Shown: positions 38,672 to 52,386 of the stretch, one piece after another
Layout of the letters: each line of letters begins with the position of its first letter
Numbering within the stretch: the first letter of the stretch is position 1
From: Blepharisma stoltei ATCC 30299
Taxonomy: Eukaryota > Protista > Ciliophora
Direction of reading: 5' to 3'
Assembly (NCBI GenBank): GCA_965603825.1
Contig: CBFDEM010000038.1
Coordinates: 434,001-498,000, forward strand
Length of the DNA: 64,000 nt
Notes under the pieces: generated by a model
What the model saw: the letters and a program-made list of their open reading frames with translations, nothing else
Told to the model about the DNA's origin: nothing
Database searches by the model: none
Made by a program: the position numbers and the translations under genes

Positions 38672-39997
38672 TAATTTAGAAATTTGTAATATTTTCTATC
38701 AAAATATTGTTTTAGGTATTTTTTTGGCTATCTGTCAGTTCCAGATGGAGTCTAAAGGCTAGCTTATATAGCTCAAATATTATTCAGCCAATATGAGTTG
38801 ATCAAGCAAACTCTTGAACTTGATTAGTAGCTTAAGCACATAACTGGAAAAATAAGGCTTGCTTATGCATATTTTATATAAGAAATTAATTATATTTCTA
38901 TGTATTTTTTTGTACCTAATAATCAAGAAATCAAGGCAGAATTTATATAAATATTTAATTGAAAGCTTATAGCAAGCGAAGAAACATCATCTACCTGCGA
39001 AATATTTATACTTTAAAAAATTCAATCTTGGCGAGACAATTTAGCCTCACACAAACCTAAATTATTATTTATAGTTATTAATCTATACATATAAATAAAG
39101 ACGAACAGAGTGCTTCTGGGGTGATTTGCCTAATATAAGCTAAGTGCATTAGTAAGTCTTTAGGTTCGAATATTACTAAATTTAAATACTTTATTCCTCA
39201 GCCATATCAGAGTTTCCCATCAACGAAGCAGCATTTCAAAAGGCGCCAAGTCTTAATTGGCTTGGTCTTGGCTCACAGTGTGTGAGCTCTCCACTGAGAC
39301 TGGATCTGCCCTTCATATCAGTCAAAAACAGCTTGAATTCACCTAGAACTCTAAAGGCTACATTCTCTACCGCTTGGGACGCTCTAGGGCGGCCAAGAAC
39401 TGCCGCCTTTCCTACAGAACTCCTTCGTTTACAGTATGAGTCACTTCTCCATTCTAGGATAAAAACAAGTTGAAGCCAAATCAAAATAGGCTAAGAGAGA
39501 TTATTGCTCAAAAAATGGTAAATATTGAGAACTCCATTTTTAATTTTCTGCATTGAAGAGGACATGATATTTCATCTTTTTAATTATTGCACAGACGGCT
39601 CTACAAAATTGAATGAAATCTAAAAGTTTACAGCAGTTTTCATTCTTGCAATCCTAATTAGAAAGTGGCATGATATTTTTTTAATTAATTTTATTTGCAA
39701 ATCAAAAGGAAAATAGCAACTTATTTAAAATAGAAATTATTTTAAATAAATTTATTAGAATGATATTATCATAGGAACAATTTATTTTTATTTAGATATC
39801 TAGAATGTTGATGCTTAGACCAAGCAAAAAATTGTCTCTGGATTTAATTAGGGTAATATCAATAATGCTGGATAAATATTTATAAATAATCCAAACCCAA
39901 TTGCTATGTGCAAATACTAAAGTTATTTTTGCATGAAGACCACTCTTCTTAACTTATGATCGATGCAGAATTTTTTTAAAATGGTCCCGCTATTAAA

Positions 39998-42052
39998 ATG
40001 AATAAAATTTTAGAAATTGGAACTATCTTATTTCTTCTCCTCTGGATTGTCTTTGTTTATGCATTTATTGCTCTTCCTGACAGAGTGCTGCAAAGAAGAA
40101 AATCTAACGAATCTGATGTTGATGTGTCAATTGATTCTCCTACAAATAATTCCTCTTATAACGAGAGAACATCAGGTGAATCTGTACTAAAAATGCTAGA
40201 GGATGAAGAGTCAATCTACCCTCTTAATTTGACCTGCAAGCCTGAGTCCTTTGGATATACATTGGGGGAAGCCTTTTTTTTATTTCCAAATGTTACATAT
40301 CCAAGATGTGAGACAAAGTATAAATCAAGTCCAAAAATGTTCTATATAGACAGAAAAGATAATACTTTGCATATGAAATGCAATGGCAAAGTAGCGCTGG
40401 GGCCTTTGGAGGATAATGAAGAATTTGGGAAATATCAATACAATAATAGGTTGAAAGAATATAAAGGAAAACCAATAGCCCTTGAATCAGAGGAATATGC
40501 ATTTGGGTCCTGCAATTCGCGCAAAACTACCGGTTTTGAGCATGTGGTATATAAGGTGAAGCCAAACCATGAGTCTTTGGAAAGAGCAAAAAATTCATTA
40601 TGTGGGAAACCTATAAATATTGTTATGTTAGTAATTGATTCTCTCTCAAGGAGAATGTTCTTTAGAAAGCTCCCAAAATCGGTAGAGTATCTAAATTCCA
40701 TTGCAAAAAATGTGTCTATTTTCGATTTTAAACTCCATCATGTTATGGGACAAAATTCTCAATATAGCTTCATGCCCACATGATACGGAGATATACCAAT
40801 TGTAGTGTCTTCAATGAATAAGGGAGACTTATATTATGACATCTCCATATGGAAATATTTGCACGAGAGAGGCTTTGTAACAATGATGGGAATGGATAAT
40901 TGTGGTGATAATTTACCACAATTTATAGGAAGAAAACCTAAAGTCGATCACAGAATGGGCTCAATATGGTGTGCGGCTAGTGCATTGTATGGATATAGTG
41001 AGAGTTTGAAGAAAGAGCGATGCATTGGGAATAAAAATACTCATGCATGAATGATGGACTATATTTTAGACTTTTCAGACGTCTATAAAAACGTATCAAG
41101 ATACACTTATATGCATATAGATACAGCGCATGAAGAAACAGGAACTGTTGTCTCCACAATTGATTTAGACTTAAAACACTTCCTTCGAGATTTTACAAGA
41201 AGAGATGAAGACTATGTATTATTCCTAATGGGAGATCACGGCATGAGATATGGATCGTGATTTAAATCAATAGATGGCTCTCATGAGCATAAATTGCCGC
41301 TTTTACTAATCATAACGAAAAATAGTGTCTTAAATAATATTCCTTCAGGATCCGACGCTTTGCTACATAACTCAAAGAGACTATTAAGCAAATTTGATTT
41401 CCACACAACTTTGCAGCATCTTGGAAACTACCCTGACCTAGAATCTCACAGAGAGGAAATCAGAACAAAAACCTCAAGTAGATTGACAACTTATAATTGG
41501 TTTACTGATTATATCCCAGATAACAGAACTTGTGAAGATGCTGGAATCCCTATTTATTGGTGTGGTTGTCAGCCTTTTAAAGAAATCAAGGACGATATAA
41601 ACTCAGAGAAATTCGTTTATTTAACAAATAGTATCATAGAAACTTTTAACACAGAACATAAAATTCACCATAAGCCAATAAAAAAAATTTGCCAAGAACT
41701 ACATTTAAATAAAAATACATATATAGGGAAACTAAAAGATGGGGATGTAGACTATTATAAAATAAAATTTACAGTCCTAGAAAAAGAATCAGCACTGTTT
41801 GAGGTAATTACAAGGCTCTCATCATTCTATATAGATAAAAAAGAATCAGAATATTTCAACGTGAAAAATATTGATTTTGACGGTAAGAGGTTTTACAATA
41901 TAATGAATGTAAGTAGACTGGATTCGTATGATAGCATCTGCAAAGATGAAATTGTCAAAAATAGATTTGATCCTACTTATTGCATTTGTGACGAGGATGA
42001 TTTTAAGAGAAGGTCACCAAATAGCCCAGATAGGAAAAATAACTCACCATAA
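39998..42052 (+). CDS. DUF229-family type-II membrane protein (684 aa); sister of the 36611 copy
   Basis: Four in-frame ORFs joined by TGA. About 100 bp of 5' flank is also shared with the 36611 copy. Confidence 0.88.
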
Positions 42053-42732
42053 ATACATATTTATCTTTACTAACTAATATAGGACTTATTTCCATATCAA
42101 ATAGCATAAAGAACCTTTATAAGACTGTTTATTTTATTTGAGATTGATTTTCATATGAGAAAAGTATTTGACTTTTCAATAATTTCAATTTCGCCTCTAA
42201 TATTTAAAAACCAAGGATAAATTCTACTAGCATAAATACTCCGAATTTAAACGTGGAATTATAAAGATACCTTGGAATTTTATTATTTCTTCAATTTTGG
42301 AATCTAAAATTCAAATAGGCTTTGTGACCTCAAGTATGTCAAAATTTGTAGTTTTTTTACTTCTCAGTGCTTCTCTAAGGTAATTTTTCAGCACAATTAG
42401 ATGAAAATAAAGTTTTTGTTTTTATTAATTTTCAAAATCAATTCCTCTAAACATATGATTTAGAAATTACGCAAAAGTATTAACATAATAAATGGAGAAT
42501 TATTTTTGAAAGACCAGAAAGCATATTAAATCTTATGCTGATGTGATTTAACATAAATAAAAGAAAAACTCCAATATTGAAATTTTATAGATATACATCA
42601 AACTTGCCATAGATTATTTAAATAAAACTTATCTAGCCACTCTGCATTAATTTATTATCTTTATTCTATATAAAATCCTTATTTTCAGCTTTTTAAAGAT
42701 GTTTCCCTTCATTACGAATGCCATATTATATA

Positions 42733-44651
42733 ATGAATAAACTTTTAGAATTTGGATTTTTATTATTTCTCCTCCTCTGGATTGTTTTTGTTTATGTTTT
42801 TTATGCGCTGCCACAGAGCAGACTATCAAAACTTAAAGAAAACTCAGACTCTGGCATCGATATTTCAGTTGAATCTCCAATTGAAGACTCTTCTCAAATC
42901 TTCACGCTAGCAAGAGTTACTGAGTTAAATATGCTGGACGACGAAAATTCAATATACCCTCTTAATTTGACTTGCAAACCAGAGTCCTTCGGCTATACAT
43001 TGGAGGAAGCCCCTTTTTTATTTCCAAACGTTACATATCCTAGATGCGAAGAAAAGTACAAATCAAGCCCAGAAATGTTCTATATAGACAGAAAAGATAA
43101 TTCTTTACATATGAAATGCACTGGAAGAGTAGCGCTGGGGCCTTTAAAGGATAATGAAGAATTTGGGAAATATCAATACATTAATCGAATAAAAGAATAT
43201 GGAGGAGAGCCAATAGTACTTGAGTCAGAGGAATATGCATTTGGGTCTTGTAGTCCATATAAAATAACAGATTTTGAGCATGTTGACTATAAAGTCAAGC
43301 TAAATGAGAAGTCTTTACAAAGAGCTAAAAGGTCTTTGAGTGGCAAACCGATTAATATTGCCATGCTAGTGATTGATTCTCTTTCAAGGAGAATGTTCTT
43401 TAGAAAACTACCGAAATCTGTGGAGTATTTAAATTCCATAGCAAAAAATGTGTCTATTTTTGATTTTAAATTACACCATGTTATGGGACAAAATTCTCAA
43501 TATAGCTTCATGCCTACATTTTATGGAGATATACCGATTGCAGTATCTAGGCACATGGCCAAGGGAGATTCACACTATGATGTTTCCATATGGAATTATT
43601 TGCACGAGAGAGGCTTTGTAACAATGATGGGAATGGATAATTGTGGTGATAATTTACCACAATTTATAGGAAGAAAACCTAAAGTCGATCACAAAATGGG
43701 TTCACTATGGTGCGCAGCTAGTGCATTGTATGGATATAGTGAGAGTTTGAAGAAAGAGAGATGCATTGGGAATAAAGATACCCATGCGTGAATGATGGAC
43801 TATATTTTAGTCTTTTCAGAATCCTATAAAAATGTATCAAGGTGCACTTATATGCATATAGACACAGCCCATGAGGAGACAGGAACTGTTGTCTCCACAA
43901 TAGATTTAGATTTAAAACATTTTCTTCAGGACTTTACTATTAGAGATGAAGACTATGTATTATTCCTAATGGGAGATCAAGGTATGAGATGTGGGCAATG
44001 ATTTAAATCAATAGATGGCTCACATGAACACAAATTACCATTTTTATTTATAATAACAAAAGATAGTGTCTTAAATAACATTCCAACAGGTTCTGCTGCT
44101 TTGCTACATAACTCAAACAGGCTATTAAGCAAATTTGATTTCCATACAACTTTACAGCATCTTGGAAACTACCCAAATCTAAACTCCCACAGAAATGATA
44201 TCAGAAAAAAGTCCTCAAAAACCATAAAAACTTATAATTGATTTACTGATTTTATCCCAGATAACAGAACTTGTGAAGATGCTGGGATCCCTATTTATTG
44301 GTGTGGCTGTCAACCTTTTAAAGAAATCAGTAATGATATAAATTCAGAGATATTCGTAAATTTAACAAATAACATTATAGAAACATTTAACACAGAAAAT
44401 AAAATTTACGACACCAAAAAGAAAACAATCTGCCAAAAGCTAAATTTAAATAAAAATACATATATAGGGAAACTAAAAGATGGGGATATAGATTATTATA
44501 AAATAAAATTACAGTTCGAGAAAAAGAATCAGCATTATTTGAAGTTATTGTAAGACTCTCAAAAGATCCTATTAAGAAAAAAGAGTCAGAATATTTTAAC
44601 GTAAAAGAGATCTATTTCGGCAAAATGAGGTTTTTCAATATAATGAATGTA
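42733..44651 (+). pseudogene. DUF229 copy undergoing pseudogenisation (frameshift, 3' deletion, GDHG>GDQG)
   Basis: Open from ATG 42733 until a 1-nt deletion near 44510 (aaaataaaattaca vs aaaataaaatttaca) gives TAA at 44551-44553. Homology stops abruptly at ~44651, before the RLDSYD...YCIC end. The metal-site motif reads GDQGMRCG. Confidence 0.8.
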
Positions 44652-45513
44652 ATTATTGAAAATATATTTTTACGTAGGCTGGTTAATCCAAATAGGTTAG
44701 CAGATCTTCAGCTAATAAATAAACTTAAAAACCTATAAAAGTCTAAAAATAATTGAATTTTTATCATTATAATCCTTATAGGATCTAGAAAGCCTCATAA
44801 AAAAAGTCAGTACTCGTTTTGAGCCTGTTGGAGACATTTTAATTTATTCTTCTTAGAACTCAAACTAAAAATTTCGGTTGATTCTCCATAAGATATTTAG
44901 CCTAAGATTAACTGATTACCTTGAAAAATCACTTAAAAGTGCTAGAAGATAATAAATTTAAATATAGAAAAATATCGACCACTTTCAATAATTCACTGAT
45001 TTTTATGAAAAAAAAATCATTTCAACATCATTATAGCTATAAAGATCACACCGCTTTAAAAATACCAATATACATTATTAAATAACCTTGAAACCCACAA
45101 AATCTTAAATTGCTATTGATTGCAAAGATGGTGCTGTTATAAAAATAAAAAAATTTGGGGAGATAAGAGCATGGGGTTTTCAATTATTTATAGCCCATTA
45201 TTGCATGGAATCACCTTTCTGTACCTTTTCTGAATGTTAAGAATAATTCATATGCGGTATTTCCAATCAATTTGTGCAAAGAAGAATAGAATCCTAAAAA
45301 TTTTAGACTTGAGATCCCTTTTTATTTTTGCTATTTTATATTAATTGGATCTTTAGCAAACTAGAATAAATTTGGCTCATTCTTTAAGTATTTTATTTGC
45401 GGCAGGCCCAGTGCACAAAAAGAGTTTCATTTATTGACTCTCAAAGAATTAATTAGCTAATTTGGACATTTTCTTAAAATTAAGCATTGTTGAAAAAATT
45501 TCATTATTATATA

Positions 45514-47568
45514 ATGAATAAGTTCTTAGAAACAGGGACTATTTTATTTCTTCTCCTTTGGATAGTTTTTGTTTGTGCGCTTTATATGCTTCCACAAGAT
45601 GATATATCAGAAGCAAAAACATTCCCAAACCCAGATGCCGATATTTCAATTGATTCTCCTTTTGAAAATGAGCATGAAATCACAAGAGAAAGACAAATAA
45701 GTCTCTTGGATGATGAAAGCTCCATAAATCCTCTTAATTTAACCTGTAAACCTGAGTCTTTCGGGTACACATTGGAGGAAGCTCTTTTTTTATTTCCAAA
45801 CGTTACATATCCAAGATGTGAAGAGCAATATATATCAAGCCCAGAAGCGTTTTATATTAATCGTACTGATAATACTCTACATATGAATTGCACAGGAAAG
45901 GTCGCTTTAGGATTTTTGGAGGCAGATGAAGAATTCGGGAAATATTGGTATTATGATAGACTAAAGGATTATAATGGAGAGCCATTAGCCCTTGAGACAG
46001 AGGAATATGCATTTGGGACATGCGATATCTCAAAATGGTCAAAATTTGAGCATGTCGCCTATAAAGTGAGATTAAATGAAGAGTCTTTACAAAGGGCTAA
46101 AAATTCATTACGTAGTAAACCTATAAATATTGTTATGCTAGTAATTGATTCTCTATCACGGAGAATGTTCTTTAGAAAGCTTCCAAAATCTGTGGACTAT
46201 ATAAATTCAATTGCAAAAAATGTATCCATTTTTGATTTTAAATTGCACCATGTTATGGGGCAAAATTCTCAATATAGCTTTATGCCCACATTTTATGGAG
46301 ATATACCGATTGTGGTATCTCCTTTTATGCAGGGAGATTTATATTATGACGTCTCCATATGGAAATATTTGCACGAGAGAGGCTTTGTAACAATGATGGG
46401 AATGGACAATTGTGATGATAATTTACCACAATTTATAGGAAGAAAACCTAAAGTTGACCACAAAATGGGCTCGATATGGTGTGCAGCTAGCGCTCAATAT
46501 GGGTATAGTGAAGCCTTAAAGAGAGAAAGATGTATTGGGAATAAAAATGCCCATGCGTGGATGATGGACTATATTTTAGACTTTTCAGACGTCTATAAAG
46601 ATGTATCGAGATACACTTATATGCATATAGATACAGCTCATGAGGAAACAGGAACTGTAGTAGCTACAATAGATTTGGATTTAAAAAAGTTCCTTGAGGA
46701 ATTTTTTAGCAGAGATGAAGATTCTATACTGTTTTTGATGGGAGACCATGGGATGAGATATGGGGAATGATTCAAATCAAAAGATGGTTCACATGAACAC
46801 AAATTGCCACTTTTATTAATAATGGCGAAGGACAGAGTCTTAGAAAAGATTCCAAATAGCTCAAAAATTTTATTACAAAATACAAACAGATTATTAAGTA
46901 AATTTGACTTTCATACAATTCTACAGCATCTTGGAAATTATCCTGATCTAGAATCTCACAGAGAAGAAATTAGAGCAAAAACTTCAAAAAGACTAACAAC
47001 TTACAATTGGTTCACAGAATATGTACCAGATAACAGAACTTGTGAAGATGCTGGGATCCCTATATTTTGGTGTTGCTGCAAATCTTTTAAAGAAATTAAA
47101 GAAGATATGAATTCAGAAAATTTCCGAAAATTAACAAATAGTGTTATAGAAGTATTCAATACAGAAAATAATATATATTCTATATGAATGAAAACAATGT
47201 GCTTAAAATTGAATTTAAATCAAAATACATACATAGGGAAACTCGAAGATGAAGATCTTGATTATTATAAAATAAAATTTACAATTAAAGAAAAAGAATC
47301 AGCAATGCTTGAAGTTATTGTAAGGCTCTCGAGCTGATATATACAAAAACATGAATCAGAATATTTTAGTGTAAAAAGTATCGATTTCGGCCAAATGAGG
47401 TTTTTCAATATAATGAATGTCAATAGACTGGACTCGTATGATAGTATATGCAAAGAAAAAATAATTCAACAAAAGTATGACCCAACCTATTGCATTTGTG
47501 ATGAGGATGATTTTAAGAGAAAATATTTAAATACCACAGACGGGAGCAATAATCCAGGAAACTCATAA
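45514..47568 (+). CDS. DUF229-family type-II membrane protein (684 aa)
   Basis: ATG 45514 (MNKFLETG); single frame with TGA=Trp to TAA 47566-47568. Confidence 0.88.
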
Positions 47569-48079
47569 GTATAATACTTTATAAATTTAAATGTTTATAG
47601 AGAATTAGTATTGAAATTAATTAAAAGTTTATTAGATAAAGTGATAATAAAATAGTATAAAATTATTCAGGTGGGTTATAAATGAGCTGATTAACTTGAA
47701 ATGAATTTAAATAGTAAATAGTGATTTTTCTCTGATGTTATAAAATCTAAGAATATAATTGAAATAGTAATCAAATTACAAAGGCCGCAATAAAGGGAGA
47801 AATGAATAGAAGATGTACTTAGTAAAATAACTTCTGTGTGAATCAAAATTGATCTTCTCAGGTAATTTATTCTGCAGACAAATCTATAATTAACAAAATT
47901 TTTCTTTTTCAGCTGGCATCCGCATATGAGTCATTTTTATCTTATATTAGAAAAGTTGAGCAATATGGAAATTATTGATTTCCTAATATTCTTTATATAA
48001 AAAAACACTGGTATAATATAAATCCTTCAAAATTATCAAATTTTGTGTTTTCATATTTTTATATTTTATGCAGACATTT

Positions 48080-48700
48080 ATGCTTTGTTTCTCTGTTTCT
48101 TTAATCCCACATAAATCGCACAATCATTTTATTTTGATTTTTCTTTGAGAGTCTCAGAGCTGTTATCGTTTGTGCAGGTCCTACTTCATATCTTCACTCT
48201 GCCTTAATTCTCACTTCATTTACCAAATTTTTATTTAGATTTCAAAGCAGCAGTTGCCATTTAGAGTTTACTTTAATTTCTCTTAAGAATTTGTATGTTT
48301 TTAGTGTAATCTTTTTACCAATTTCTTTTTCATTTATTTTTTGACAGTATATTTTAACTTTTAATTTGCCATTCTTCTTTCATTCTTTGTTAATTCACTT
48401 TACTTCAGTGTCAGAGCATATGGCAAATTTAATTCATATATGCTCAATAAATTTGCATATAAATTGTGAGTTGGTGTTATTCAATTTTTAAATTTTTAAG
48501 AAAATGTAATGAGATCTCAGAATATGAGTTCATTTCATATATCTTTTGTAGAAATATCAATGATTTTTGATCAACATACTGTTCGACTGTAGGAATAGTT
48601 AAATTAAGCAATATAGGCTCTTTTGGTGTTTTGCTATATACGTGACAGCATTCTCTATAATCTATTAAACATTCTTTGGGTAGAAATAATTGCAGTTTTT
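48080..48700 (-). mobile_element. Degenerate fragment of a non-LTR (LINE-like) retrotransposon ORF, C-terminal part
   Basis: Absent from the sister duplication unit. Minus-strand peptides across frameshifts: 'SKTPKEPILLNLTIPTVEQYVDQKSLIFLQKI' (like the post-RT region), 'TLKTYK', 'TITALRLS', and 'CDLCGIKETEK' (~48088-48120), which matches the start of the C-x2-C...ET-x2-H zinc knuckle of LINE ORF2. Confidence 0.55.
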
Positions 48701-49043
48701 CTGCCAAAAGCTAGTTTAAATAAAAATGCATATATAGGGAACTAAAAGATGGGGATATAGATTATTATAAAATAAAATTTACAGCTCAAGAAAAAGAATC
48801 ACCATTATTTGAAGTTATTGTAAGACTTTCAAAAGATCGAATTAAGAAAAAAGAGCCTGAATAAAAGAGATCGATTTCGGCAAAATGAGGTTTTCAATAT
48901 AATGAATGTAAGTAGAATGGATTCGTGTGATAGCATCTGTAAAGAAAAAATAATAAAAAATAGTTTTGATCCGACTTATTGCATTTATGATGAAAATGAT
49001 TTTATTAGTAAATCGTCAAATAACATAGGTGATAATATGATAA
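48701..49043 (+). pseudogene. 3'-terminal DUF229 relic (sister of the 42733 copy)
   Basis: Matches 44430-44651 (ctgccaaaagcta..., gatggggatatagattattataaa) and continues into the C-terminus missing from that copy (SRMDSCDSICKE...DPTYCI). Contains indels and has no 5' part. Confidence 0.85.
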
Positions 49044-50346
49044 TTTACAGAGATTAATGTTAAAATAATTAACAAAATGACTATAAAGAATCATAATTTT
49101 TAGTTGGTTTTATTATTTAGTTGATTTTATCGAAATGGCATTTAAATAAGAATCGTCACCATCTTTAGAATTCTCTTTGATTTATTTTATTATATAAGCA
49201 GAATAGCCTATGTTGGACCAAAATTTTGCCTAATCATAGCAAGTTTTGGCATAAATTTAAGATTGATGTCACATTTTGATTTTATTAGCTTGAATTAATA
49301 ACAGGTATTCCAATTATGATAGAGTTTCTGTCAATAATAATAATAGTTAAAAAGTTATCCTAGCATACAAAATATATTGCACTATGAAATAAATGATTAA
49401 AAGGCTAAATTCCACTGATTTTATATAAATAAAGTTTTGGAAAGCTATTAAAATTATTAAAATAGGCTGGTTAATTTAAATATGTGAGCAGATCTTCAGC
49501 AATATATTTACTCTAAATAAACTTAAAAATCTATAAAAGTCTAAATAACTGATTCTTTTTTGCAATTTTTATCATTACAATTCTTATAGGATCTAGATAG
49601 CCTCATAAAAACATCAGTACTCTTCCTGAGCCTGCTGGTGACATTTTAATTTATCCTTCTTAGAACTCGACACTAGAAATTCAATTGATTCTCCACAAGA
49701 TATTTAACTTGAGATTAACTGACTACCTGGAAAAATCACTTAAACGTGCTAGAAGATAATAAATATAAAAATTAGCATTATTTTTATATAAAAGATTATG
49801 GATTTTCGTTTAAGAAAAGTATCCACCACTTTCAATAATTTACTGATTCTTATGAAAAGAAATATAATTTAAACATCATTATAGCTATAAAAATCACATT
49901 GCTTTAAAAATACCAATACTACCTTATTAAATACCGTTGAATGCCCACAAAATCTTAAATAGCTATTGCTTGTGAAAGATGGTGATGTAATAAAGAAATG
50001 TGGGGAAATAAGAAGCATGGAGTTTTCAATCATTTCTAGCCCGTTATTACATGGAATCACATTTGTGATTCTTTTCTGAATGTTAAGAATAATTCCTATG
50101 TCGTATTTTCAATAATTTGTGCAAACAAATAGAATCATGTATTTTAGGCTTGAGATCTCAATTTTATCCTTACTATTTTATATAGATTAGATCTTTAGCA
50201 AGTTTGGCTGATTCTTTAAGTGTTTTATTGTGGCAGGCCCAGTAAACAAAAAAGAGTTTCATTTATTATTTCTCAAAGAATTGATTAGCTAATTTGGATA
50301 TTTTCTTAAAATTAAGCATTTGTTGAAAAAATTTCATTATTATATA

Positions 50347-52386
50347 ATGAATAAGTTCTTAGAAACAGGGACTATTTTATTTCTTCTCCTTTGGATAGTT
50401 TTTGTTTATGTGCTTTATATGCTTCCAGAAGATAATGCATCTGAAGCAAAAGCATTTCCAAACTCTGATACCGATATTTCAATTGAATATGAACTTGAAA
50501 TCGCAAGAGGAAGACAAATAAGCCTCTTAGATGATGAAAGCTCCATAAATCCTCTTAATTTAACCTGTAAACCTGAGTCTTTCGGGTACACATTGGAGGA
50601 AGCTCTTTTTTTATTTCCAAACGTTACATATCCAAGGTGTGAAGAGCAATATATATCAAGCCCAGAAGCGTTTTATATTAATCGTACTGATAATACTCTA
50701 CATATGAATTGCACAGGAAAGGTCGCTTTAGGATTTTTGGAGGCAAATGAAGAGTTCGGGAAATATTGGTATTATGATAGACTAAAAGATTATAATGGAG
50801 AGCCATTAGCCCTTGAGACAGAGGAATATGCATTTGGAACATGCGATATCTCAAAATGGTCAAACTTTGAGCATGTCGCCTATAAGTTGAGGCCAAATAA
50901 GGAGTCTTTACAAAGGGCTAAAAATTCATTGCGTGGTAAACCTATAAATATTGTTATGTTAGTAATTGATTCTCTATCACGGAGAATGTTCTTTAGAAAG
51001 CTTCCAAAATCTGTGGAGTATTTAAATTCAATTGCAAAAAATGTATCCATTTTCGATTTTAAATTGCACCATGTTATAGGACAAAATTCTCAATATAGCT
51101 TCATGCCCACATTTTATGGAGATATACCAATTGTAGTATCTGAATATATGCAGGGAGATTTATATTATGACGTCTCCATATGGAAATATTTGCATGAGAG
51201 AGGTTTTGTAACAATGATGGGAATGGACAATTGTGATAACAATTTACCACAATTTATAGGAAGAAAACCTAAAGTCGACCACAAAATGGGCTCAATATGA
51301 TGCGCAGCCAGCGCTCAATATGGGTATAGTGAAACCTCAAAGAGAGAAAGATGTATTGGGAATAAAAATGCCCATGCATGAATGATGGACTATATTTTAG
51401 ACTTTTCAGAAACCTATAAAAACGTATCGAGATACACTTATATGCATATAGATACAGCTCATGAGGAAACAGGAACTGTAGTCTCTACAATAGATTTGGA
51501 TTTAAAAAAGTTCCTTGAGGAATTTTTTAGCAGAGATGAAGATTCTATACTGTTTTTGATGGGAGACCATGGGATGAGATATGGGGAATGATTTAAATCA
51601 AAAGATGGCTCACATGAACACAAATTGCCGCTGTTATTAATAATGGCGAAGGACAGAGTCTTAGAAAAGATTCCAAATAGCTCAAAAATTTTATTACAAA
51701 ATACAAACAGATTATTAAGTAAATTTGACTTTCATACAATTCTACAACATCTTGGAAACTATCCTGATCTAGAATCTCACAGAGAAGAAATTAGAACAAA
51801 AACTTCAAAAAGGCTAACAACTTACAATTGGTTCACAGATTATGTACCGGATAATAGAACTTGTGAAGATGCTGGGATCCCTATATTTTGGTGTGGTTGC
51901 AAATCTTTTATAGAAATCACAGAAGATAAAAATTCAGAAATTTTCCAAAACTTAACAAAAAGTGTTATAGAAGTCTTCAACACAGAAAATCATATCTATT
52001 ATAGATGGAAGAAAACAATCTGTGTAAAATTGCATTTAAATGAAACTAAATATATAGGGAAACTAGAAGATGAAGATCTTGATTATTATAAAATAAAATT
52101 CACAATTAAAGAAAAAGAATCAGCAATGTTTGAAGTTATTGTAAGGCTCTCAAGAGATCCTATAGAAAAACATGAATCAGAATATTTCAGCGTACATAAA
52201 ATTGATTTCGGTGAAATGAAGTTTTTCAATATAATGAATGTCAATAGACTGGACTCATATGATAGTATATGCAAAGAAAAAATAATTAAAAGAAAATTTG
52301 ACCCGACTTATTGCATTTGTGATGAGAATGATTTTAAGAGAAAATCGTTAAATACCACAAATGGGAATAATTCAGGAAAACAATAA
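50347..52386 (+). CDS. DUF229-family type-II membrane protein (679 aa); sister of the 45514 copy
   Basis: ATG 50347; in-frame ORFs joined by TGA; motifs intact. Confidence 0.88.
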
